From Polyangiaceae bacterium (lineage in GTDB: Bacteria; Myxococcota_A; Polyangia; Polyangiales; Polyangiaceae), in the NCBI GenBank assembly GCA_050287085.1, contig JBNKBE010000011.1, positions 1-64,000 on the forward strand: a stretch of 64,000 nucleotides of DNA. The letters are read 5' to 3'. Below, one piece after another: positions 26,827-36,579 of this stretch. The position numbers and the translations under genes were made by a program. Positions within the stretch are counted from its first letter, which is position 1; each line of letters begins with the position of its first letter. The notes below the pieces were generated by a model. It did not search any database. It saw nothing but the letters and a program-made list of their open reading frames with translations, and was not told the origin of the DNA.

Positions 26827-28575
26827 ATGACGAACGTCCTCATCATCGAAAGCGAGCCGGCTTTTGCGCAAGAACTGGAAAGTGGGCTGCAGCACGAAGG
26901 ATGCGCAGTCACCACGTTTGCCGACGGCAAGGAAGCAATCCTCTACGCGGCTGAAACGCCTCCCGATCTCGTAATCGTTACAGCTGAGTTGCCAAAGATG
27001 AACGGCTTCACCGTTTGCAATCGGTTGCGGCGCGCGGACGGTCTGCAGACCACGCCCATTGTACTGCTCAGTGCCGATGCCTCCGAAGAGACCTTCGCAC
27101 AGCATTCCAGAATGGAAGGAAAGCGCGCAGACGCCTACCTGCACAAGCCCATTCGCTTCGAAGACTTGGCGCCCACGCTTCGCCAATTCATTCCGCTGGG
27201 TGGTGCCTCTCGCCCCAGTGTGCCAGCTCCCCATTCCGACGGTCCGCCCTTCGCCCCCCAGTCAAGCGCCAGCTCGTCGGTTGGGGCCCTGCTCGCCGAA
27301 GTAGAGCCACCTGTAGACGATACCTCGAACGCCTTGAACCTGGTGGCCCAAGAAGCGTTGGAAGAGATTGCTGGGGCGGACGGCCTCGAAGAGCTCGACC
27401 TGGGAGAGCTCGAAGAATTGCCCCTGCCTCCCCTGGTCGCAGACGAGAACATCATCGAGGAACAGGCTGTCGACGCCCCGGAGCTGGCCGTCGACAGCGC
27501 TTGGGATAGCGCTGTGTCGGCCCCTGACGAGACGGTGGCCTCAACGCACGTCGAGCAGGACAATGAGCTACTCCGCAATCAACTGCATGAGCTGCAACAT
27601 CAACTCCAGCAGGCGCAAGCCAGTCACCAGACAAGACTTTCGGAGCTTGGAGCGCAGTGGGACTCCGAACGGCACGCCCGTGAACAGCAGCTGCGCGCTC
27701 TGGGCGAAGAACTCGAATTGCTGCGGACGCAAAACCGCCCGCCCACATCGCCCCCGCGCGCAGGCGCTTCGGAGGATGTGGATGAGCTACGCCAAGCGCT
27801 CGACAATTTGCAGAGGGAGTATGAGGGGAAGGTCGGCCAGCACCAGCACGTGTTGGACGCCCTTCGCGCCGAAAATGCAGCGACTGTAAGTCGGCTTGAG
27901 GCTGAACAGGCAGCGGCACTGCACAACGTGAATCTCGAACATCAAAAGCGTATGCAAGTGATGGAGCGAGAAGCACAAAAAGCTCTGCGCGCGAATGAAG
28001 AGCACCATCATCGCCTTTTGGCGGACGCTGAACAGAAGCATCAAGATGCGCTGTCTGGGCTCGGCGCTCAGCACCAGGCAGCGCTCGCGCAAGCTGTGAC
28101 GCAGCACAACGCAGCGCTCGCCCAATTCGAAGAACAAGCACGGAGCGCGCTGTCGCAGAAGGATGAGGAGCATTCTCAGACGCTGGGCTCGGTGCAGGCC
28201 GATCACGCCCAAGCGCTAGCAACCCTGCAGCGCGAGCGCGACGCCCTGGCTCAGTCAGCCGCAGACGAGCAGACGCGACTCCAAACGCAGTTCGACGAGC
28301 TACGGACGTCGTCCGAGGCCGCGGCGGAACGAGCCCGGCAGAATCACGAACAAGCACAAGGACAAATCGCCACCCTCACGTCCGACCTGCAGGCGGCAGC
28401 AGAAAGCATTCAGCAACTCAGGCAACAGGTCGGCACCCTCGAAGAGCAGCTCGAACTCAGCCAGGCCGAGGTCTCCACTCTGCTGGAACAACGAGACAAA
28501 GCCCAGAGCGCTTTGCGCGAGCTTCAGGCCGCGCTGCGCGGCGCGCTAGCCCGCGTCGATCAAGCCTGCACATGA
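26827..28575 (+). CDS. Pseudo-receiver plus long coiled coil, FrzS/AglZ-like
   Basis: VLIIESE, PDLVIVTAEL without phosphoacceptor Asp, FAQH...ADAYLHKP; E/Q/A/L heptad region. Confidence 0.82.
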   Translation: MTNVLIIESEPAFAQELESGLQHEGCAVTTFADGKEAILYAAETPPDLVIVTAELPKMNGFTVCNRLRRADGLQTTPIVLLSADASEETFAQHSRMEGKRADAYLHKPIRFEDLAPTLRQFIPLGGASRPSVPAPHSDGPPFAPQSSASSSVGALLAEVEPPVDDTSNALNLVAQEALEEIAGADGLEELDLGELEELPLPPLVADENIIEEQAVDAPELAVDSAWDSAVSAPDETVASTHVEQDNELLRNQLHELQHQLQQAQASHQTRLSELGAQWDSERHAREQQLRALGEELELLRTQNRPPTSPPRAGASEDVDELRQALDNLQREYEGKVGQHQHVLDALRAENAATVSRLEAEQAAALHNVNLEHQKRMQVMEREAQKALRANEEHHHRLLADAEQKHQDALSGLGAQHQAALAQAVTQHNAALAQFEEQARSALSQKDEEHSQTLGSVQADHAQALATLQRERDALAQSAADEQTRLQTQFDELRTSSEAAAERARQNHEQAQGQIATLTSDLQAAAESIQQLRQQVGTLEEQLELSQAEVSTLLEQRDKAQSALRELQAALRGALARVDQACT

Positions 28576-28615
28576 CGCACCGGTGTCCGAGGTGCATCAT
28601 ACGAACGGCTTCGCG

Positions 28616-29482
28616 TCAGAGCGCGCCGAGCCATGCGCTGAAAAGACGGTTGAAGCGAGAGCTGGCGCTATCTGCCGCGGTCTTCACCTCGTCGTGACTG
28701 AGCTCGGCCTGACCGAGTCCCGCGGCCAAATTGGTGATGCAACTTACCGCGCCAACTCGGACCCCAAGCTGTCGCAACGCTATGGTCTCGAGCACGGTAC
28801 TCATGCCGACGGCATCCGCGCCCAAAGAACGCAACATTCGGATCTCAGCAGGCGTCTCATAGCTCGGTCCGAGCACGCCAGCATAGACGCCTGAAGCAAG
28901 CTCGATTCCTTCTTCACTCGCGACCCGCAGCGCAGACGCCTGGAGTTCGAGATCGTAAGCAAATGACATATCAGGAAATCGGGGCCCCTGCTCTGGCGCT
29001 GGCCCCACCAGCGGATTTCTTCCCGTCAAATTCAGGTGGTCGGACACCAACATGAGCGTGCCGGGGTTGAAACTCGTATTGATCCCACCCGCGGCATTGC
29101 TGAGCAGAACCGTCCTACAGCCGAGCGCGGCGAGCAAACAGACCCCAAAAACCACCTGCTCGGTATCGTGTCCCTCGTAGGCGTGAACCCTACCCTGCAA
29201 ACACGCGACAGTCCGCGACCCCACGCGGCCAAGCCACAGCTTTCCGGCGTGCCCACTGACCGCCGAAACGGGCAAACCCGGGATCTGAGCGTAGGACAGG
29301 GCGGAAGCCCCGACTAGACATGACGCAAAGCCTCCGAGACCGGAGCCCAACACTAGGCCCACGTCCGCCTGGCCCAAAGCCGAGCGCACGGTGCGAGCCG
29401 CGGCGTCCACCGCAGTTGATGACGGAAACACAGTGTAGGAGACTAATGCACTCCGGGTGCTTCTGGCTTCCAATTCAGCCAA
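28616..29482 (-). CDS. punA: Purine-nucleoside phosphorylase (trimeric type)
   Basis: VLGSGLG, GRVHAYEG, NAAGG, GPSYETPAE, GADAVGMSTV. Confidence 0.95.
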   Translation of the reverse strand: MAELEARSTRSALVSYTVFPSSTAVDAAARTVRSALGQADVGLVLGSGLGGFASCLVGASALSYAQIPGLPVSAVSGHAGKLWLGRVGSRTVACLQGRVHAYEGHDTEQVVFGVCLLAALGCRTVLLSNAAGGINTSFNPGTLMLVSDHLNLTGRNPLVGPAPEQGPRFPDMSFAYDLELQASALRVASEEGIELASGVYAGVLGPSYETPAEIRMLRSLGADAVGMSTVLETIALRQLGVRVGAVSCITNLAAGLGQAELSHDEVKTAADSASSRFNRLFSAWLGAL

Positions 29483-29540
29483 CCCATGTTATTGTCCCGC
29501 CCCCGGAAATTCAGCCCCAAAAAAGGACATCCGTTCAGAT

Positions 29541-29876
29541 ATGGCAAGCAAATTCGCAGACTTCGTCGCCCAAAACCAGTTGGATCCGCGCCGGATTCTC
29601 ACCAGCTCTCGTGCCCTGGAGAAGCTCCGCCCCGAAGATCGAGCGCGACGTCTAGCCATGCGGAAGAAGAGCGGCGAGGACAAGAGCGAAGAGGACGACA
29701 AGACCGAGGCGGCGGCAAAACCCCGCAGTGGTCGTCCCGTAACTCCGCGCCTGCTCGGACGAGCGACCGCTGGCGACACCATCTCGGGTCCGGCAAAGAC
29801 CCGGCTCCTGCGTGCAGTCAATCGCCTCCTAGAACAGAAGAAGAAAGAGCCGGTTGAGCTTCGCACGCTGTTCTGA
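29541..29876 (+). CDS. Small basic hypothetical protein
   Basis: ATG at 29541, coding-like codon use, KPRSGRPVT...GPAKTRLLRAVN. Confidence 0.75.
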   Translation: MASKFADFVAQNQLDPRRILTSSRALEKLRPEDRARRLAMRKKSGEDKSEEDDKTEAAAKPRSGRPVTPRLLGRATAGDTISGPAKTRLLRAVNRLLEQKKKEPVELRTLF

Positions 29877-29963
29877 GACAGAACGCGCGGACGGATCTCT
29901 AGCCCACTAGGCCCCCAGGCGACATTCGACAATGCGCCTGGGACCTTCCGGCCGAGCGCCGCG

Positions 29964-30347
29964 TTAGCGCTGTTTGCGTAGCACGATCTCGCGTCCGTCA
30001 CTGATGTGCCAATGCATGAGCTCATCAGTGCCGAGGGTCAGCGCGAGTCGATCGACCACGCCATTCGGATTGGTCACCGCTAGGAGCCAGTGGCGTCCTC
30101 GTTCGTGCTCAACTTGAAATGGTGCCGTCCGCGGCAGTTCAGTCGGAATGGTGACGGTGAGCTCCCCCCTACTGAACTCGAGACTTGTGCCCCGGACCCA
30201 GCCCGTGGCAGTTGCGAGCTCCGGTCCATCGACGCGGGTGATCGACTCGCCGAGCCAGCGCCCGCTCAAGGGGTGAGGAGCCAAACGCTGGCAGGAACAG
30301 GTGCCCAGAAGCACGAGGGTCAACAGCAAGCGCAACACGGCACCCAT
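29964..30347 (-). CDS. Small lipoprotein, beta-rich
   Basis: Signal with Cys, LSGRWLG start of a lipocalin-like fold. Confidence 0.65.
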   Translation of the reverse strand: MGAVLRLLLTLVLLGTCSCQRLAPHPLSGRWLGESITRVDGPELATATGWVRGTSLEFSRGELTVTIPTELPRTAPFQVEHERGRHWLLAVTNPNGVVDRLALTLGTDELMHWHISDGREIVLRKQR

Positions 30348-30418
30348 GCTGGCTCAGCACAAGCCAGCAAGCAAGAAAACGGTAGACGCCCCGACCGGAT
30401 CACGCGCGACGACCTGGG

Positions 30419-31504
30419 TCAATGCGTTGCAGCTTGGCAACAGCGCACGCCAAGACTGTAGTCGTAGTACTCAACGGGATGACTGCTGATGCGTGCATCA
30501 CAACCCACCAGTGAATGGCGCGCATAGAAGCCCCCTCGAAATACCCCGCTTTCGTCCTCGACCCATTCGTCTAGATTGCCCACCATGTCGTAGACGGCAT
30601 CGTCGCCCCAGCGGCTCTTGCACTGGGACTCAGCTCCCGTCCGATGCAGCAACGAGCGTCCTCGGTACAGAAACTGATTCAAACGCGGATCAAGATGTCC
30701 TTTGGACGCGTGACCGTGCAGAAGGGCCGCTGGGTGAACGCCAACCGCGACGTTGCAAGCACCGGCTCGATACTCGTCGCCATACGGAAACTGGGTATCT
30801 CCTTCGCCGCGACACGCCCGCTCCCACTCCTCTTCGGTGCACAGCCGTTTGCCGGCGCGCTCGCAGGCCGCACGCGCTTGCGTACCACTGAGGTAACCCG
30901 AAGGAACCACCCCTCGGACGCTTTCCGCTTTTGGCTTGAACTGCGTCTCCATTTGGAAGCCAGGCGGTTCGGGTAGGGGCAAGAGCTGCACAGCTGGCTC
31001 ACCCATATTCCAGCGCTCCTTCTGCCATACCTCGAAGGCCTGCCGCGTGTGTCTCTGGCTTGGATGATAATAGGGGGACAACACGCCGCGACCGGCGGAG
31101 TCCGTCAGACGCGCCTCGAAGCGGTCAATGCAAAGACGTGACCCAATAAGCACCATGTCTGGCGGACAGGATCCCGATTGGGTGACGACGCGCCGAATCG
31201 GCTGCAGTGTGGCTGCGTCCGTGACGGCGGCGTCAGGAAGAAATAACGTTCGCGGCGCTGGGCCCGCCTCCGCCGTCTCGACGGGCAAGGGCGAGCGCTC
31301 GACGGGGCGCTCATCTTGGCAGCTACAGCCAACCAGGCAGACTACGGCAAGCCCCACCACGCCTCGCCAGACGCCCCTCAGCGAACGCGGCGGAACGGGC
31401 GAGCCCGAGCCGAACCAAGCTACAGACGCGGCTCTCCGCGCTCCTACTCTCGGCCGTCTCGACTCCACGTCGCGTGGCCGCCCGGGACAAAACTCGCGAA
31501 GCAA
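30419..31504 (-). CDS. FGE-sulfatase (SUMF1/EgtB/PvdO-family) domain lipoprotein (start uncertain)
   Basis: CPPDMV, CIDRFE, GKRLCTEEEWERAC, VYDMVGNLDEWV, GVRCC. Confidence 0.88.
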   Translation of the reverse strand: MLREFCPGRPRDVESRRPRVGARRAASVAWFGSGSPVPPRSLRGVWRGVVGLAVVCLVGCSCQDERPVERSPLPVETAEAGPAPRTLFLPDAAVTDAATLQPIRRVVTQSGSCPPDMVLIGSRLCIDRFEARLTDSAGRGVLSPYYHPSQRHTRQAFEVWQKERWNMGEPAVQLLPLPEPPGFQMETQFKPKAESVRGVVPSGYLSGTQARAACERAGKRLCTEEEWERACRGEGDTQFPYGDEYRAGACNVAVGVHPAALLHGHASKGHLDPRLNQFLYRGRSLLHRTGAESQCKSRWGDDAVYDMVGNLDEWVEDESGVFRGGFYARHSLVGCDARISSHPVEYYDYSLGVRCCQAATH

Positions 31505-31517
31505 GCGAGTCGCAGGC

Positions 31518-31742
31518 TCACGAACGCCCGCGATAGACGATTAGCCCATGGGTCAGGTCGTACGGAGAAACCGCAACCCGAACGCGGTCTCCAGGCAGAA
31601 CACGGATGTGATGACGTCGCATACGCCCCGAAAGCTGACCACGTACGGTCGCATCACCTTGATCCAACTTGATGGTGTACTGGCCACCACCGAGGGCGTC
31701 TTGAATGACACCCTCCATTTCCAAAAGATCACCCTTACTCAT
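31518..31742 (-). CDS. infA: Translation initiation factor IF-1
   Basis: MSKGDLLEMEG...SGRMRRHHIRVLPGDRV.V..SPYDLTHGLIVYR. Confidence 0.97.
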   Translation of the reverse strand: MSKGDLLEMEGVIQDALGGGQYTIKLDQGDATVRGQLSGRMRRHHIRVLPGDRVRVAVSPYDLTHGLIVYRGRS

Positions 31743-31987
31743 TAAACGTCTCGATAGATGCGCAGCCAAGACCACAGGGCCTCGCGACCAGCGGCGGGAC
31801 CCTGGCACAGGCCGCTGCTGAGTGCAACCCGACCCGCGTGCGGATCGGACGATAGCCTGCACGCCAGTACGGCCGAGTCGAAGGGCCGTTTACACCCCAC
31901 CCCAAATGCCAAAGCGGCGACCTGCCTTACGCAGTCGCCGCCTCATGGCTCTGATACCCGGACCTAAGGGCCCCCCGCGCGCACGCG

Positions 31988-32113
31988 CTACTGAACCGAA
32001 CGCGCTAACTCTTCCATCTGCGCGCTGGAGTGGTGCCGCTGCGCGTCCAGCATCAGAGCAAATGCCACCAGAGTGGCAACAAGGACCAAACCGCGGAGTA
32101 GTGACTTGTTCAT
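31988..32113 (-). CDS. Putative 41-aa single-helix protein
   Basis: GAGGGGG RBS, MNKSLLRGLVLVATLVAFALML. Confidence 0.45.
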   Translation of the reverse strand: MNKSLLRGLVLVATLVAFALMLDAQRHHSSAQMEELARSVQ

Positions 32114-32242
32114 GATCGCCCCCTCTTTGTAACAGAAAAGCCCTGGGAACATCACCCAAATGTCACACAGATGCCACAAATACTGAATCTAGCGACCTTG
32201 ATTCGTGCAATTCCGCGGGATTAGGGCAAGGAACAACGCCGC

Positions 32243-32923
32243 CTAGTTACACTTACGGTCAAAGTCCGCGCGCGCTTGAACACAACGGGCGCGCCCCTGC
32301 GCGCAACGCCGCACTTCAGTCGACGTCGGCAAGCCGAACTCCAAACGGCAAATGCGCTCAGAAAGATCACAAATTGAGTCCCGGAGTTTCTGCGCCGCCA
32401 GGCAATTCGGCTCCGTCAAAGACAGCGCCTCTCCGAGCGCCTGATAGCGTTCTTCGAGCTGCTGAAAAGCCATGGCCGGTGTAACCAGAGTCGGCTCGGC
32501 GTCCGCCGGAGCGTCCATTCGCGCTCGGTCAGCCCCCGATGCTGACCCCGCCTCGGCCGTTCCCAGCTTTGACTTCGGCGGGGTAGGCTTCGCTTGCCTG
32601 GCAGGCTTCGGCTTTGACGGGATTGCTTCGAACGTCCCTGCGCTCCTCTCGGCGTCCATTTCAGCCGCTTCTTCGACGGCCGGCGCGGGGGCGGAAGAAG
32701 GCGGTTCCGAAGGTGGTCGCTTCTCCTTCTTTGCCTGCTCAGACGGCTCGATCACGGGCCTGGCCGCCGCCGTCTCGGGTTGACGCGTTTCCTGGGGCGC
32801 GTGTGAGCGTCCGCAGGCGACGAACAGCAGGGCCGCGCACGCGAGGGCCACCCCTCTATGTGTCGTCGTAACGGCCTGAGCGCGAAAGCCTGAGTGGTTG
32901 GATCTACGCCGTTGACTCTTCAT
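32243..32923 (-). CDS. Lipoprotein with C-terminal six-Cys helical domain
   Basis: FVAC lipobox; C..A....ICDLSERIC...C......C..........C. Confidence 0.75.
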   Translation of the reverse strand: MKSQRRRSNHSGFRAQAVTTTHRGVALACAALLFVACGRSHAPQETRQPETAAARPVIEPSEQAKKEKRPPSEPPSSAPAPAVEEAAEMDAERSAGTFEAIPSKPKPARQAKPTPPKSKLGTAEAGSASGADRARMDAPADAEPTLVTPAMAFQQLEERYQALGEALSLTEPNCLAAQKLRDSICDLSERICRLEFGLPTSTEVRRCAQGRARCVQARADFDRKCN

Positions 32924-33478
32924 TTACTCACTATTGCTCCCGGGCGTCTCGCCCAAAGCCTGCTTCAGCAGCACTTGGTTGATGATCATCGCTTGCTCAT
33001 ACGCTCGGATGGCCTCCGCCTTTTCCCCCCGCCGTTCATGCAAACGTCCGAGCAGCTCGAGCAGATTGGCGCGTGCCAAAGTCGGCGTATCGTTGAAGGA
33101 CAGCCCTCGTTGTACGTCGACCAACGCTTGGTCCACGGCCCCGCGCTGTAATAGGAGCTCCCCCAGCCGATAGGCGCCGTCCTGCTGAAGCCAGGCGATC
33201 ACCGCCCCGGAGGAGGGCAAAGCTTGCAGGGCAGAACGAAGTGCCGTCTCCGCCTGTTCGCGCTCGCTCGCGCTGCGGGCGCCGTCCGCAAGCTCATGAG
33301 CCGCCCGCAAGCGTTCGCGCGCACTGCGCAACGCTTCGGCGTCCGGCTGGTTTCCCACCTGACAAGCACCTAGGCCCGCGACGAGCCACAGTGTCCCCAA
33401 AACGCGGCGCACACGGAGTCCCCGAACAGATCCGTCGAGGCCCCAAGGCAGCGCTTGGTCAAAGCGCGCACGCGACAT
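32924..33478 (-). CDS. TPR-like lipoprotein
   Basis: LGAC lipobox, helical repeats (LGRLHERRGEKAEAIRAYEQA). Confidence 0.75.
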   Translation of the reverse strand: MSRARFDQALPWGLDGSVRGLRVRRVLGTLWLVAGLGACQVGNQPDAEALRSARERLRAAHELADGARSASEREQAETALRSALQALPSSGAVIAWLQQDGAYRLGELLLQRGAVDQALVDVQRGLSFNDTPTLARANLLELLGRLHERRGEKAEAIRAYEQAMIINQVLLKQALGETPGSNSE

Positions 33479-33481
33479 GAG

Positions 33482-34009
33482 TCAACGCACCTCCGCAAGA
33501 ACCTGTCGACGGTAAGCCGCCAAACGGAGAGCGTACGCCTTGCGGTCCGCCCCTGGGTTGGCGACCACTGCTGCCTGCGCCTGAATCAGAGCCAACTCGG
33601 GTACGGGCAACCTGCTGTGCACAGGCACCCACTGCTCCGAAGCCTTTCCGCCCAACGAGGGCTGCACGGCCAGCCACACGGCCGCGGGTGCTATCAAGCC
33701 CGCCGACAACCACATGACGCTCCGCAGGCGTACCGACCAGCTCGGCGCCCCAACGGCCGCTCCGCTCAACACACGACGTCGGACACCCGCTAGGCGCCCC
33801 CCCGGCGGCTCAGCAGGACCCAAGAGCCGCAACAGGACGTGGATCGGTTGCCACGCGTCTGGCCACGACTCTGCGCTTGCGCGCGAGTCCGCGTCGAGCT
33901 CTACCAAGAGCCGCGCAGCGCCTCGTTCCTCGGCCGTCGTGGGCGGTTCTCCCAGCGCGCGCAACTCCTCGTCGATGCCGATGTCACCCAAGGTGTCGTT
34001 CTCGCTCAT
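33482..34009 (-). CDS. Putative anti-sigma factor, single TM
   Basis: ATG at 34009 overlaps the sigma stop codon; one hydrophobic helix. Confidence 0.55.
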   Translation of the reverse strand: MSENDTLGDIGIDEELRALGEPPTTAEERGAARLLVELDADSRASAESWPDAWQPIHVLLRLLGPAEPPGGRLAGVRRRVLSGAAVGAPSWSVRLRSVMWLSAGLIAPAAVWLAVQPSLGGKASEQWVPVHSRLPVPELALIQAQAAVVANPGADRKAYALRLAAYRRQVLAEVR

Positions 34010-34731
34010 TGGCTTTGCGCTCCTTCGCTTCCCTGCTCCCAACGCGCCCGCAGCGCCTTCAGTGCCCGCAAGATGAGAACGTCGAAGGTCGCAACCCGAA
34101 CGCTCATCGCAGTGGCACAATCCTGCCGCGACAACTCCTGAAAATAGCGCAGCTCTATCGCCCGCCGATACCGTTCGTTCAAGTCGTCCAAGCAACGGGA
34201 TAGATGTCGCTCATACCGGCCGAATAGGTCACGACTCACCAACGCCTCTTCGGGTGAAATGGGGCAGTCTAGAAGCGGCCGCCACTGCACTTCCAACTGC
34301 TCTTGCGTGCGAGCGCGGACGGCACGACGGCGGTGCATGTCCATCGCCTTGTTCTGTGCGATGCGCGCAAACCAGAAGTAGATGCTCGCGCCACGCGGCT
34401 CAAACTGCCCCAACTTCTCGATCCCCGTACGAAAGGTTTCGGCCAGCGCGTCCTCGGCGCTGGCCACGTCTCCCAGTTTGGGGAGCAGAACCTGTACAAA
34501 AAGGGGCTCCGCGTACGCGTCGTAGAGCTGTCCCAGGGCCCGCGTATTCCCTGCCTTTGCCGAGGCCACCACCTGTGCCTCCCACGCGAGACGCTCCGGC
34601 TCGTTGAGCCCATCTCGCGACGAACCGGCCCCCTGCCTTCGCGGTGCATCCACAGCGCAGGCACTATGCGTTCCTTGCGCGACCGGACGCAAGAAAGGAG
34701 ACCCCTGAAGTTCAAACACCAATACCGCCAT
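34006..34731 (-). CDS. ECF sigma factor (start uncertain)
   Basis: AEDALAETF, WFARIAQNKAMD, LNERYRRAIELRYFQELS, RALKALR. Confidence 0.9.
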   Translation of the reverse strand: MAVLVFELQGSPFLRPVAQGTHSACAVDAPRRQGAGSSRDGLNEPERLAWEAQVVASAKAGNTRALGQLYDAYAEPLFVQVLLPKLGDVASAEDALAETFRTGIEKLGQFEPRGASIYFWFARIAQNKAMDMHRRRAVRARTQEQLEVQWRPLLDCPISPEEALVSRDLFGRYERHLSRCLDDLNERYRRAIELRYFQELSRQDCATAMSVRVATFDVLILRALKALRARWEQGSEGAQSQ

Positions 34732-34833
34732 CTGGAACGTAAACGCGGCAGGCCGGCCCAACTTACAGCTTTCCACTCCGAGGAACGCGGAACCCGACTT
34801 TCGCGTTCGCGGCCGGTCTGGCACGGTTGCCCG

Positions 34834-36456
34834 GTGATCCAGGTAGACTCCATCTCCAAGCGCCACGGTAGTCAGATTGTGTTTCTCGACGCTTCCCTCA
34901 GTCTGATGCGCGGGGACCGAGTCGGTCTGATCGGACCCAACGGCGCAGGGAAGTCGACCCTTTTTCGGCTGATCGTGGGCCAAGAGAGCCCCGACGCCGG
35001 TCAGATCGCCATCGAACGCGGCACGGTGCTCGGGTACTTTGATCAGAAGGTTGGCGAGATGAGCGGCACGACGGTCCTGGAGGCGACACTCTCAGGCGCC
35101 GGTGAACTTGCAGGCGTTCGAGCCGAGCTGGCCCACCTGGAGGCAGCGCTGGCCGATCCGGAACGCGCTGACGAGCTGGAAGCGTTGGTCGAACGCTTCG
35201 GCACCGTGCAAGCTCGTTTCGACGAATTGGGAGGCTACGGCATCGAAGCGCGGGCCCAGGAAGTACTGGCCGGCTTAGGGTTCGGAATGGAGCGCTTGGA
35301 ACAAGACGTAGGCGAGCTGTCCGGAGGCTGGAAAATGCGCATTGCGCTCGCGCGTGTACTGCTCGCGCGCCCCGACGTCCTGCTTCTGGATGAACCCACA
35401 AACCACTTGGATCTCGAGTCGATCATTTGGCTGGAGGGCTTCTTGCGTCAATTCGACGGGGCCATCCTGCTCACCTCTCACGACCGAGCGTTTCTGAATC
35501 GGATGGTGACCCGCGTCGTCGACATCGACGAAGGGCAGCTTGTCCCGTACGCGGGCGACTACGACTTCTACCGTTCGCAGTACGAACTCAGACAACAGCA
35601 ACAGGCGGCACAATTCGCACGACAGCAAGCAATGCTCGCCAAGGAACAAGCCTTCATCGATCGCTTCAAGGCTCGCGCAAGCCATGCAGCCCAGGTGCAG
35701 TCTCGCCTCAAGAAGGTCGATAAGATCGAGAAGATTGAGCCGCCTAAAACTCGCAAGGTGGTCGACTTTCAGTTCAAGGCGCCACCGCGGTCGGGCGACG
35801 ACGTCGTCATGGTGGAAAGCGCAAGCAAGGCCTACGGCGAGAAGGTCATCTACGACGCCTTCGACTGGCTCCTTCGACGCGGAGAGCGTTGGTGTGTGAT
35901 GGGAGAGAATGGCGCTGGCAAGAGCACGCTTTTGCGACTGGTGGCGGGTGTGAGCTCACCTGATAGCGGCAAAGTTCGACTGGGTGCGGGTGTCAAGCTT
36001 GGCTACTTTGCTCAGCACGCGATGGAAACGCTAAGCGAAAACGAAACCGTCATCGAGACTCTGCAAGCCCGTTACCCCACAGCCAACCTCGGAGTGTTGC
36101 GCAATCTACTCGGCGCCTTCGGGTTTTCCGGCGACGCCGTCGAGAAACGGTGCGGCGTCTTGTCGGGCGGCGAGAAAGCCAGGGTGGCGCTCTCGATCAT
36201 GTTGTTTGATCCCCCCAACCTACTGGTCCTGGATGAACCAACCAACCACCTCGATATGGACACGCTAGACATGTTGATCCGTGCCCTACGGGGCTACGAA
36301 GGCACGCTGCTCTTCGTCTCTCACGATCGCGCGTTTCTTCGAGCGCTGTCCAACCGAGTGCTCGAAGTGAGTGGTGAGACACCCACTGTCTACGACGGTG
36401 GCTACGCCGAATACGTAACCCAGAGCGGGCACGAAGCGCCCGGCCTCAGAGGCTGA
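34834..36456 (+). CDS. ABC-F family ATPase
   Basis: Two ABC domains (GPNGAGKS/LSGGW/LDEPTNHLD; GENGAGKS/LSGGE/LDEPTNHLD), no TM. Confidence 0.95.
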   Translation: MIQVDSISKRHGSQIVFLDASLSLMRGDRVGLIGPNGAGKSTLFRLIVGQESPDAGQIAIERGTVLGYFDQKVGEMSGTTVLEATLSGAGELAGVRAELAHLEAALADPERADELEALVERFGTVQARFDELGGYGIEARAQEVLAGLGFGMERLEQDVGELSGGWKMRIALARVLLARPDVLLLDEPTNHLDLESIIWLEGFLRQFDGAILLTSHDRAFLNRMVTRVVDIDEGQLVPYAGDYDFYRSQYELRQQQQAAQFARQQAMLAKEQAFIDRFKARASHAAQVQSRLKKVDKIEKIEPPKTRKVVDFQFKAPPRSGDDVVMVESASKAYGEKVIYDAFDWLLRRGERWCVMGENGAGKSTLLRLVAGVSSPDSGKVRLGAGVKLGYFAQHAMETLSENETVIETLQARYPTANLGVLRNLLGAFGFSGDAVEKRCGVLSGGEKARVALSIMLFDPPNLLVLDEPTNHLDMDTLDMLIRALRGYEGTLLFVSHDRAFLRALSNRVLEVSGETPTVYDGGYAEYVTQSGHEAPGLRG

Positions 36457-36579
36457 GACTCAGGCACCCGCGCATCACAGGCAGCTGAACGAGTGGCCGT
36501 TTCCGGTCCAACGCCACCAACCGCCTTCCCCCGCTGGCGACCTCTGGTAGGGTCCCAAGTCTCAACAGGAGGAGAGAAG

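Noticed and set aside
27452..28357. 301-aa minus-strand ORF
   Set aside because: Shadow of the coiled-coil gene
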